Assembly: GCA_038245785.1 (NCBI GenBank)
Contig: JBBRSB010000001.1
Coordinates: 361,175 to 425,174, forward strand
Source: Gloeobacterales cyanobacterium
Lineage (GTDB): Bacteria > Cyanobacteriota > Cyanobacteriia > Gloeobacterales > PMM-0068
Reading direction: 5' to 3'
Length of the DNA: 64,000 nt
The translations under genes and the position numbers were made by a program. The notes under the pieces were generated by a model. The model had not been told where the DNA came from, searched no databases, and saw only the letters and a list, made by a program, of their open reading frames with translations. Below, one piece after another: positions 38,203 through 46,726 of the stretch. Position 1 is the stretch's first letter; each line of letters opens with the position of its first letter.

Positions 38203-40809
38203 TTACTTAATAAAGAACCGGAGGAAAAATATCACCAGCAACACTATACCAAAAATTACAAAACCAGGCTTCTTAGCAATTCCAATTGCTAATTTCAAAA
38301 GATCTGCAATGATTTTCAGCTTCTTATCTGGAAGACCCGTCAACCTCTTTAAGACAAAGTCCATTGTAGATTGAGAAGATGAATCCTGTTTTAATGCCTC
38401 TGGCAAGATACCAGTAATGACTTGTCTATAGTAAGACCACTCATCTACAAAAGGCTTATAGTAGTCTCTTTTGAAAGAAAAGTATTGAATCCATTTGAAG
38501 AAAATGGTTAGCCAAGGAACGATTTGTTTTACATAAAAATCTTGAGAGGTTTTAGTAGGTAGAGCCTCTTGCTCAACATCTTGAGAAGATAAATCTGCAT
38601 CAAGATTCCTCAAAATTCTATCTCGCTCTTGCTCTTCATCTAGCAGATTTGCAAAAGCAACTAAGGAACGTGTTGCAATTTGCTGAGCTACAGTATTGCG
38701 GGAATTTTTTACCCAGCCATACATCGCTCCTTCAATTCGAGTTGGAGGGCGCTGCTCATTTATCCAGATCTGGCAGCGATAGAAAGCTTTTTTCTTATTA
38801 GGCTCCCAATAAATCAAATAATCTCCACCCAATAGATCAACACGTTGCTCAAAATAGATTTCAGTTAAAACTCTGACGATATCCTCACGTTCGTTTTCCT
38901 TTACTTCAGCAACTAAAGATTGAAGCTGAGGTTCAATTGCATCAAAATGTAGACGTGCCTGACGACCAATAGCGAACAGGATCGCTTCACGCACAAAAGG
39001 GTGTTTCTCTTTTTGGAGAATTGTATGTAAACGCTCAAAAATATCTCCAGGAGTTAGTTTACCAATATTCTGTACACACTCGATCTCTCCATAGGTTCGC
39101 ACAACAGTTGCAAGGAGGCTTTCCCGTGAGTTTATCTTCGATATGTCTATATATTCAGGAAGATTCCGTAGCTCTTCATCCGTCCAATTTTCAAGAATTT
39201 TTACTGTTCCTTCTGGGTCTCTTTTGTAAGCACCTGCTAAACTTATACCAACTGCTCTATTGAATTTAATGATTGAGGTTTCTGGACTAGAAGAACTTTC
39301 TTGTTGTTGAATTATACTGTGCAGCCATGTACTTAGTTCCCTTAAATGGAATTGTAATACAAGCGGAAGAGTATTATTGAGAAATTTATTTCTAACCACA
39401 TTACTTTTATCTTTAGCTAACTTTTTCAATAAATTATGCAGTTCCTCAGATAGTCCCTTTGAGCCTTCTGTCTCAACATAACACGCAGCATAGCCAACAG
39501 TAAGTGCTACTGTACCTTTTATGTAATCTTCTGCCTTTGAACTTTCGCCATTCTCTTCATTACGCTCTTTCAAGATAGCCTCAACTTGTTCAACCCTCGA
39601 CTGAGGCAGCTCTAACCATGAATGAAGCATGTCGAAAAGTTGTTCATCTTGGTCAGAATTTCGCCATAGTGCCATTGCATAAGCTGCAGTGGATTGAACG
39701 GAAGTATTTTTATCTGCAGCGAGTTGGAGTAAAGTTGTTGCAATTGAGTTTTTTGAAGTCGAGCCAATATCACTTATCGTCTTAGCAATTGCATAACGAA
39801 TCTCTCCACACTTTATCTCATCACCATATAGCTCTGGATTCGCCAAGCGTTCTACTACAGAATTCCTAACAATATTTACCATTACGGGCAATGCTGATAA
39901 AATTTGCCTACGATCACTATCCCAAGCCACTTTAAATAAGGTTCGACGTTCCTCACCGGAAGAAGAACGAATTTCAATTTTAGTTCCTTGGTCTTTTGTC
40001 TCAGTGAAGTTGAAAAAATGAGAAAGGTTCTCTAAATCGCAGTAGTCGAGTGCACGAAGCGAAGCATCCCGTCGTTGCCAAACCTTCTCAACGATTTCTT
40101 CTAAAGCAGCAAAAAATTGATCTTCAAATAGCCCATCAAAAAAACTTAACCCTAGTACAAGTAGTCTTTCACGGGGTTCCAGTTCTTGAAGATACCACTT
40201 GCGAAGAGAGTCCTCTTCAGAGAACGTATTAATTAGCTGTTCAGAGTCGGAAACGCTTTCGCGTGATAATGGATACCAGAATTTATTTTTACTTTCGGGT
40301 GGTTGTCTCCAAGCAGTAAAAGGTGTATTTGTACTTATAACAACATAGTGCTTTCCTGAAACTGCGGCTTTCCGAATTCGGTCCAGATCGTAACCAACAT
40401 TTTGAGGTGCAACCTGATTTAGGATGAAAACTGTGGCTTTTTTTGTATTTTGAAGCTCTATATCGATAATTTGTGGCTCAGGACTGCGACGCCACTCTCT
40501 TGCGATTATTTCACTACCACTGGACCTTAATTGTTCAATTAAACGAGCTGCAATATGTCTAGCTAGAGAGTCTTTATTAACCTCAGAGCTTCCTTCTAAA
40601 ACTAAAAACCTGCGCTCCTTAATCATTTTGAGAAGATCAGACATAATTTTAGGGCTTTTAAAATAGGGAGATTTATATTGCTCAAGAGATAGCTCAAAGA
40701 AGTCAGATTTCTGCTGCAGTATAGTTTGATTAAGGTCTCCCACAAAATTAAAATTACCACCAAATTCATTATCTTTGAAGACGGTCTGCTGCATATTTTC
40801 TTGACTCAT
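38203..40809 (-). CDS. NLR-like protein: N-terminal putative amyloid motif, degenerate P-loop region, HEAT/ARM-like helices, C-terminal TM helix
   Basis: Residues 7-28 match the C-terminal repeats of the upstream ORF; FLVLEGSSEVNKDSLA is a degenerate Walker A; LAADKNTSVQSTAAYAMA, LAKDKSNVVRN and EKHPFVREAILFAIG are HEAT-like; ends PGFVIFGIVLLVIFFLRFFIK. Confidence 0.75.
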   Translation of the reverse strand: MSQENMQQTVFKDNEFGGNFNFVGDLNQTILQQKSDFFELSLEQYKSPYFKSPKIMSDLLKMIKERRFLVLEGSSEVNKDSLARHIAARLIEQLRSSGSEIIAREWRRSPEPQIIDIELQNTKKATVFILNQVAPQNVGYDLDRIRKAAVSGKHYVVISTNTPFTAWRQPPESKNKFWYPLSRESVSDSEQLINTFSEEDSLRKWYLQELEPRERLLVLGLSFFDGLFEDQFFAALEEIVEKVWQRRDASLRALDYCDLENLSHFFNFTETKDQGTKIEIRSSSGEERRTLFKVAWDSDRRQILSALPVMVNIVRNSVVERLANPELYGDEIKCGEIRYAIAKTISDIGSTSKNSIATTLLQLAADKNTSVQSTAAYAMALWRNSDQDEQLFDMLHSWLELPQSRVEQVEAILKERNEENGESSKAEDYIKGTVALTVGYAACYVETEGSKGLSEELHNLLKKLAKDKSNVVRNKFLNNTLPLVLQFHLRELSTWLHSIIQQQESSSSPETSIIKFNRAVGISLAGAYKRDPEGTVKILENWTDEELRNLPEYIDISKINSRESLLATVVRTYGEIECVQNIGKLTPGDIFERLHTILQKEKHPFVREAILFAIGRQARLHFDAIEPQLQSLVAEVKENEREDIVRVLTEIYFEQRVDLLGGDYLIYWEPNKKKAFYRCQIWINEQRPPTRIEGAMYGWVKNSRNTVAQQIATRSLVAFANLLDEEQERDRILRNLDADLSSQDVEQEALPTKTSQDFYVKQIVPWLTIFFKWIQYFSFKRDYYKPFVDEWSYYRQVITGILPEALKQDSSSQSTMDFVLKRLTGLPDKKLKIIADLLKLAIGIAKKPGFVIFGIVLLVIFFLRFFIK

Positions 40810-40814
40810 ATTCT

Positions 40815-41279
40815 TTAGCTTTCCTGAGTTAAGTTTCCACTAAACTTCACGTCCCCACCAATTTCTAGATCAGAAAACATTACTTGCTCGATAGAACCAC
40901 CTTTACTTGCCTTTTGAGTCATATCTCCTTTTAGTTCAAGGGTGTTTGCCTTGATACCGCTCATCATTATCTGGCGGGTGACGCCTATCTGCTCAAGTTG
41001 CTTCACTAACTCCTTAAGTTGTGTGGCAAAAATTTCATCATCATTCATTTGTGTTATTAGCTCTGCTTCTACTATTGCAATGTTGGATTCTGTTGGCTGT
41101 TTTTCCGTCCGTGTTAATAAACCTTCCGTGCCCGATTCTTTAAATCTTTGATGAATAGTAGTTGCCAATTGAGCTATTTTGTCAGATGCACTTTTCCCTA
41201 TTGCTTTTCCTCCTTCTTTTAGAGCCTCACCAAAAATGAGCGTTGCGATTGTGCTTGCAATTGCTGTTATAGTTTCCAT
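40815..41279 (-). CDS. Bell/HeLo-like helical effector with two C-terminal putative amyloid pseudo-repeats
   Basis: Hydrophobic N-terminal helix METITAIASTIATLIFGEALKEGGKAIG; ~100-aa helical domain ending DEIFATQLKELVKQL; repeats at residues 102-122 and 131-152; AAGGAG RBS. Confidence 0.75.
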   Translation of the reverse strand: METITAIASTIATLIFGEALKEGGKAIGKSASDKIAQLATTIHQRFKESGTEGLLTRTEKQPTESNIAIVEAELITQMNDDEIFATQLKELVKQLEQIGVTRQIMMSGIKANTLELKGDMTQKASKGGSIEQVMFSDLEIGGDVKFSGNLTQES

Positions 41280-41617
41280 AGAAAACTCCTTTTTCTTTCT
41301 AAAATCTGCCAGATTGGGCGTATCCTTGCTCAGGAGCTTGCGATCGACTTTCTTGGTCTAATTACCTGCGTAGCGTGATAGGCAGACAAATTCTCCGTAT
41401 ATTACCACTTAAGGGGAGTCGGTAGACAACCTTGATATAAATCCCCCTGAATAATAAAGGATTTGCAGCCTATGTTTGCTATGCCATTCAGCTCAAACAC
41501 CGCTTATGCCCGACCGGAAGAGCACTATGTGCGGGAGTGAATACTGTTTTATGGCAGATGCCATTTCTCGGAGAGCACTACGATAGCGTAAAGCTTGCAA
41601 AGCACTCTATAGCGAAA

Positions 41618-41648
41618 AGCCACCCGAAGGTATACTCTCGGGTGGCTC
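41618..41648. terminator. GC-rich hairpin, possible terminator
   Basis: AGCCACCCGA-N10-TCGGGTGGCT with an A-run on the left (U-run on the minus strand), downstream of the minus-strand GNAT gene. Confidence 0.45.
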
Positions 41649-41858
41649 AACTTTAGACATAGCCCAGGAGTATCTCATCCTGGAACGCAGGAGTTAACCC
41701 GCAGGTATAGACACACTATACCCATACCCTAAAAGACTGCACAAGGTCGCAACCCATAATCATCCATAATTCGACCAGTCTAGCGATATGGGGACTTTTA
41801 GGGTTGCCAAATTTTTACGTATAACGCTCCGCTTGAGCGTTATTCTTCACCATAAATC

Positions 41859-42458
41859 TCACTGGACATCAGGGGCTGAACTACCTAATAAATCAATCAA
41901 AGGCTTTAGATCGAGGTACATCGTACGATAGGGCGTAGTTGGAGGGAGACTTTCATGGGAATCGGCAAAGTCAAAGCCCATCTTGGCATAGAAACCTGAT
42001 GCATCGTAGGGTGGCTCTGTGTCTGGATCATAGAGTGCGTCAACAGTCATAAACCTGACTCCAACGATCGGCTCAATTTCGGTTATGACATACTCAATGG
42101 CCCACTCAACTAGATGGCGACCTGCTCCTTTCGCCCGTCGATCGACCGCCAGTAGACCAATTTTGATGGCTGGGAATGTGCGGTATTTCACACCCTCTTC
42201 TAGCAAAATCTGATCTTCTACCTGTAACTTATCCGCTAAGAGTGTAATGTACCCAGCGAGGGAGTCACCAACTCGCATCACCCAACAGTGACAAATGCTG
42301 GCATCAATTTCGCGTTGAATGCGCCCCTGCTTCCAGTAGGTTACAAATTCTCCCCGTAAACAGCGAAACCCCTGACCTAGATTAGAAAGTTCAGGGGTCA
42401 AGTGCTCTACTTCGACTTGGGCAAAGTCAATTCCTTCAAATTTACTTTGGCTGGGCAT
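41859..42458 (-). CDS. GNAT acetyltransferase toxin (TacT/AtaT-like)
   Basis: GYITL, FPAIKIGLLAVDRRAKGAGRHLV, GVRFMTVDAL, GFYAKMGF. Start re-set to MPSQSK (42458). Confidence 0.8.
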   Translation of the reverse strand: MPSQSKFEGIDFAQVEVEHLTPELSNLGQGFRCLRGEFVTYWKQGRIQREIDASICHCWVMRVGDSLAGYITLLADKLQVEDQILLEEGVKYRTFPAIKIGLLAVDRRAKGAGRHLVEWAIEYVITEIEPIVGVRFMTVDALYDPDTEPPYDASGFYAKMGFDFADSHESLPPTTPYRTMYLDLKPLIDLLGSSAPDVQ

Positions 42459-42615
42459 TATTCTGTAACTGTCGAAGACGACGGGCCGCAATACGGCTGG
42501 CGAGGGCAAGTGCCCGCTCATTTGTGACGTACTGACCTGACTCAATCGCCTCTATCAACCTTTTAGCAGCATCACCTGTAACTGGTTTTGATTCAGTGTG
42601 GATAGGGTACTTCAT
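42442..42615 (-). CDS. Small (57-aa) putative antitoxin, absent from the ORF track
   Basis: MKYPIHTESKPVTGDAAKRLIEAIESGQYVTNERALALASRIAARRLRQLQNNAQPK*; its end overlaps the GNAT start. Confidence 0.6.
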   Translation of the reverse strand: MKYPIHTESKPVTGDAAKRLIEAIESGQYVTNERALALASRIAARRLRQLQNNAQPK

Positions 42616-42675
42616 CGGAATACTTAGACCGTATAGCTCTTAGTATAGCAACTCTTAATCGAAAACTCATTCTCA

Positions 42676-42769
42676 ATGTTGTATCAAATAGACCTAAAAC
42701 CCAAGCTGAAGCAACCTCATTGACGTAGCGCTTCACCAAGGCACTGTTGTCTAGAAAATAGATCGCCAT
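42676..42769 (-). pseudogene. 5' remnant of a PIN/VapC toxin
   Basis: MAIYFLDNSALVKRYVNEVASAWVLGLFD, then unrelated sequence. Confidence 0.75.
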
Positions 42770-42772
42770 CTA

Positions 42773-43033
42773 TCAGCGTTCCTCTACAATTGTCCTAGAA
42801 ATAGGCTCTCCCTCTACCTGAATGAGCTGCTTCTCTAGTGGTCGCTTATAGGAGGGTTTCTTAATCTGTTTCACTAATCCAGCAGTGACCAATGCTTGAT
42901 GAAATGCAACTCGCTTAGCTGTCTCTTCCTGATTTGCAAGGTGATCTTGAATAGCTTGATTAAGCTGTTGTAACTCTTCTGGTTCGAGAGACTGAAGTTG
43001 TTCAAGTATTTGTTTGAGAATTGCATGGGGCAT
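42773..43033 (-). CDS. Putative antitoxin partner of the truncated PIN toxin
   Basis: Ends LIQVEGEPISRTIVEER, a tail typical of VapB-like partners; 3 bp before the PIN start. Confidence 0.65.
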   Translation of the reverse strand: MPHAILKQILEQLQSLEPEELQQLNQAIQDHLANQEETAKRVAFHQALVTAGLVKQIKKPSYKRPLEKQLIQVEGEPISRTIVEER

Positions 43034-43084
43034 CAGTACTCACCTGGGTTACTTCGTTACCTATTCTAAAAAGTTCAGCCTTCA

Positions 43085-43312
43085 TTACTCAAGCAGTCGC
43101 CTCACTTGAGCTAAAGCTTCATCTCCTGGAATTGCTTCCACAGAACCACTTCGGATTTCATCACGTCGTCTCTTTGCCTCAGTTGTCCAAACTGCCTGAA
43201 TCGCAGGGTTAGTATCGAATTCTAAGCTTTCTACTAGCTTGTCTGCCAAAAGCGCTCTCGATGCACTGGGCAGAGATAAAAGCTCCTCTGTCAGTTTTTC
43301 AATTGACTGCAT
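43085..43312 (-). CDS. Putative addiction-module antitoxin (TIGR02574-like)
   Basis: LSLPSASRALLADKLVESL...W..EAKRR...G...IPGDE. The cognate toxin is absent except for an overlapping ATG. Confidence 0.8.
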   Translation of the reverse strand: MQSIEKLTEELLSLPSASRALLADKLVESLEFDTNPAIQAVWTTEAKRRRDEIRSGSVEAIPGDEALAQVRRLLE

Positions 43313-43353
43313 AGCTTCTCACCAACTGCCGAATACTGCTCACAGTCTAACAG

Positions 43354-43602
43354 AGACAACACTGCTTCCTTCCGTACGTAACTGTATAGAAGTTCTTCCG
43401 GTCCTGGGAGTAGTCGGCCAATCCCATCAAGCCGACCCAATGCTAACCCCGCAGCTTCGAGTCGCCGCTGGAGTTCCGAATCTACTCGAATTGGTGGAAT
43501 GGGAGGCAAGGGCGCAGGAATAAAAGCTGTGTAGGAAGTCTCACCCATACTTTGCTGCACCCACCGCCCTGCCCGCTCTGACCCCTTAGTAAAGGATGGC
43601 AT
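43354..43602 (-). pseudogene. 5' fragment of a second Fic gene
   Basis: RAGRWVQQ...AFIPAPLPP...ALGRLDG...YVRKEAVLS, homologous to 36950..38098; truncated before the catalytic motif. Confidence 0.8.
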
Positions 43603-43692
43603 ACTTAAAAATTTTCTAGTAAAGCAAGCAATAGTTTACTTTACTAGTGCTCCTTTTGTCCGTTTCCCAAGTAGGCATCACTCTGCCGCTGG

Positions 43693-44016
43693 TCACGACC
43701 GTTCGCTTGTCGCTGGAACTTTGAGATGAACCAAGGCTTTTTGCAATACACTTGGCTTCACACTCAACCAAACTTGATTGCGCTCGTCCTCGGTGTAACC
43801 CACTATCACAGCCCCAATTGGTGAACCAATATCGGGATACATCTCTGGAGTCATGTCTCCAGTTTCCACAAAATCGGTAATCTGAACAATGCATCGAATC
43901 TCATCGTCGCCCAGGTCTACGAAAATCCCAAATGGCGCATGATGCTCAACCTTGCCATGAATCAGTTCTCCCAGCCGATACTTTGATTTAACCTGATTCC
44001 AGAACTGATCGCTCAT
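43693..44016 (-). CDS. S1 RNA-binding domain protein
   Basis: GELIHGKVEHHAPFGIFVDLG...IVQITDF...QVWLSVK. Confidence 0.8.
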   Translation of the reverse strand: MSDQFWNQVKSKYRLGELIHGKVEHHAPFGIFVDLGDDEIRCIVQITDFVETGDMTPEMYPDIGSPIGAVIVGYTEDERNQVWLSVKPSVLQKALVHLKVPATSERS

Positions 44017-44057
44017 TGCATTACCTCGGTTTTAGAACTCTGGGATATTGGTTCAAG

Positions 44058-44357
44058 TTACGAGCGGCGCGAATGACGTGCCACGTAATCGCGGAGCACG
44101 CCGTCCATGCGTGATTGCCAGCCTTCGCCCGTGGACTTGAAGTACGCTACGACTTCAGGGCTGTAGCGGATCGATACAAGCAGCTTCTTGTTTTCTGATT
44201 TTGGACGCCCGCGCAGTGTTAGCAGCGGAACCATCGACTTGAGCTGCTCCGGAGTAAGTGGCTGTGCATCAGGGTCAGACTTTGCTGCTGCAGTAATCCT
44301 TTTATCTTCTTCCTCAGTATGCATCACGATAGCAGGCCGTTTAGATACTTTGGACAT
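44058..44357 (-). CDS. brnA: BrnA antitoxin
   Basis: RGRPKSENKKLLVSIRYSPEVVAYFKSTGEGWQSRMD. Confidence 0.9.
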   Translation of the reverse strand: MSKVSKRPAIVMHTEEEDKRITAAAKSDPDAQPLTPEQLKSMVPLLTLRGRPKSENKKLLVSIRYSPEVVAYFKSTGEGWQSRMDGVLRDYVARHSRRS

Positions 44358-44598
44358 AGTGCTTCACCTCGCGGCGCAGGCTGATGATTCTACACACCTC
44401 GCCACGGTTTACAAAAGCTACGTAGTAGAGGATCTCGGTCTTCGGAGCTAGAGCGATCATGCGCGTCTCTTTGTATTCGAAGTGTTCGTCGACCCATACC
44501 AGCGCAGCTTCCCAATCGAGCTCACCTGCCAATGCCAGAGAGACGCCGTGCTTTGCACTGTTCGTAGCGTCCTTAGTTGGACCGAACTCGATTTTCAT
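44341..44598 (-). CDS. brnT: BrnT toxin (possibly damaged)
   Basis: K...NSAKHGVSL, ETRMIALA, RIISLRREV; the usual RxAxxxE tail appears shortened. Confidence 0.8.
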   Translation of the reverse strand: MKIEFGPTKDATNSAKHGVSLALAGELDWEAALVWVDEHFEYKETRMIALAPKTEILYYVAFVNRGEVCRIISLRREVKHYVQSI

Positions 44599-44705
44599 GC
44601 TTTATTGTAGCTACAATAAAGCATGCTTGTCAAAACTTGGGGCTTCTAGAATCGCCAAATTTTTCGCGTGTCATGGAATTACTGTGCTGCTGCCACGTTT
44701 GTAAA

Positions 44706-44858
44706 CTACTGAACTTCAGACGCAGAGAGCCGCCCCTCCATCGGTTCATACTCATTTTCCAGTAGCCAATGCTGGGCTTCATCATAAGTAGGGCTAGTGT
44801 AGATCACTGCATAATTCTTCGCAGGGTCGAAGATACGACAACGGCCCAACTCATCACC
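44706..44858 (-). pseudogene. C-terminal remnant of a hypothetical protein
   Basis: Protein-like frame GDELGRCRIFDPAKNYAVIYTSPTYDEAQHWLLENEYEPMEGRLSASEVQ* with no start. Confidence 0.45.
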
Positions 44859-44883
44859 TAATAACAGCAAAAGTTAGGGCGGA

Positions 44884-45366
44884 CTACCACTGAGCCTTAT
44901 AGAGCTGGACATTGCTGTTGGTCAGGACCTCAAAAGTGCGGTCTCGCACATATTCTACTTGGGGACGATCAAGATGGATCGGCAAGGGAGAAAGCGTAAA
45001 AGCAACCACATCAGCACTTAAATTCATCGCCCGGCCCTGAATATCGTTGACCGTATTAATAATAGGGGTGAACGCTGTAGGAGACGCAGGCTTTGCTGGA
45101 GCAGGTTTATTTCTTTGATTCACTTGGTCAGCTACTTGCTTAAAGCGTCTGTCAGAAGAAGTAATCATGCCTGCACGGAAAGTCTTGGCTTGCAAAGGCT
45201 TATCTTCAACCACACGCAGCATAACCTGCGCATTTGGTCTCTGAGTATTTGGATTTGCCTGTACGGGCAGCAACAAGGGTGCGCTCAGCAGACATAGGAC
45301 TAAGCTACAGATGAGGTTGTTTCGCATTGCTTTACATCTCATATCCGAACTATCCTTATGCAACAT
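44884..45366 (-). CDS. Secreted hypothetical protein
   Basis: Signal peptide MRNNLICSLVLCLLSAPLLLPVQA; the real start is probably the internal Met. Confidence 0.6.
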   Translation of the reverse strand: MLHKDSSDMRCKAMRNNLICSLVLCLLSAPLLLPVQANPNTQRPNAQVMLRVVEDKPLQAKTFRAGMITSSDRRFKQVADQVNQRNKPAPAKPASPTAFTPIINTVNDIQGRAMNLSADVVAFTLSPLPIHLDRPQVEYVRDRTFEVLTNSNVQLYKAQW

Positions 45367-45412
45367 ACCTTACACGCTCTAGATAGATTGAAGCAATAGG
45401 GACCAATTCAGT

Positions 45413-46435
45413 TCAATAATCTTCGTCTTGAATAGTTATCCAATCGTCATCAACGCGTAGCCCCATTCCCTGAACAAGAGGACGCGTACGTTTCTGATTC
45501 GGAGCATGAAGGAGTTGACGAACCATTTCGATATCGTCAAAACAAGGATGCCCTCCCCGACCAGCATATAAACATTCCCCTAAAAATTTGAGAATCACTC
45601 GACGCTGCAGGGCGACGGGCTCTTCTCGTAGTTTCAAGCGATGCAAACGAGCGGGCGAACTATAAACCTGTTCATAAATCTTTTCCGTTTGGGCTTCTAG
45701 ATAACGACGTTCTTCAGACAGAATTTCCACCGTCCGACTCAGACTTTGTTCCACCCGTGGATTGAAATGTTGGGCAAGATAGGGCAAAAGTTCCAAACGA
45801 ATGCGGTTGCGTTGATACTTTAGGTCCTCGTTGGTTTGGTCCAGACAAACGGGCAATTGATGGAGTTGGCAAAATTCCTGGGTTTCTTGGCGGGTAGTAC
45901 TGAGCAACGGACGAACCAAATGGACTTTATGACCTAACGTCCTTGACCAGGGCAAGCTGCCCATCCCATCCATGGCACTGCCACGGGTTAGATTAAAGAG
46001 TAAGGTTTCTGCACGGTCGCTGGCCGTATGGGCGGTGAGGACGATGGGAATAGCCAAGGATTGGGCTACCGCTTGGAACTGCTCATAGCGCCACCTGCGT
46101 GCCTCGGCTTCAGACGGAGGAGCGACAACGGCTCGGATAACGGTACAGGGGACATTAAGCGTTTCACAAAACTGACGAACTATTTCACTATCCGCTGCCG
46201 AAGCCTCTCGCCAGGCATGGTCCAGATGAAGGACCTGCAACTGCCACTGTTTCTCCGGGCAAAGGTCCACTAAGAGCTTCAAAAGACAGAGCGAATCTTG
46301 GCCTCCAGACACGCCAATCAGTAGAGAATCTCCCCGCCCCCACAATTTCCGGGAGTGGACTTCCGTTAAGAGTCTTCGGTGGAGAGGATGAAGAGACAAA
46401 ATAGGGCTAGTGCTGTCTATAGAAGGGTTTGCCAT
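45413..46435 (-). CDS. tilS: tRNA(Ile)-lysidine synthetase
   Basis: VSGGQDS PP-loop, HLDH, ARRWRY, TAHTASDRAET, RPLL, RNRIR. Confidence 0.95.
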   Translation of the reverse strand: MANPSIDSTSPILSLHPLHRRLLTEVHSRKLWGRGDSLLIGVSGGQDSLCLLKLLVDLCPEKQWQLQVLHLDHAWREASAADSEIVRQFCETLNVPCTVIRAVVAPPSEAEARRWRYEQFQAVAQSLAIPIVLTAHTASDRAETLLFNLTRGSAMDGMGSLPWSRTLGHKVHLVRPLLSTTRQETQEFCQLHQLPVCLDQTNEDLKYQRNRIRLELLPYLAQHFNPRVEQSLSRTVEILSEERRYLEAQTEKIYEQVYSSPARLHRLKLREEPVALQRRVILKFLGECLYAGRGGHPCFDDIEMVRQLLHAPNQKRTRPLVQGMGLRVDDDWITIQDEDY

Positions 46436-46726
46436 CTTATCTTGTTGTACTTAACCCCGAAATAATCTTGTCCTGATAGATTTTGCATGACCCAAGGTAT
46501 TTACAAAACCACCTGCTTCAGCTCACGTATGTGCAGGGCCGTATACACAGAGATGCTACACGTCTTGTCGTAGCACGATTTTGATTGTTCTTTCAGAGGC
46601 ATTTCCAGTATGAGCATGAACCAGATTACAGTGGCAGTTGGTCTTACCTTGAGTCTGCTGAAAACCTTTCTAGTCTAGAACCATTCCCTGGAAACCTTGG
46701 ATGTAGATAAATCCTTCTGTTCCTCA

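Noticed and set aside
42459..42545. N-terminal extension of the GNAT ORF given in the track
   Set aside because: Better explained by the overlapping 57-aa ORF in another frame; the GNAT likely starts at ATG 42458.
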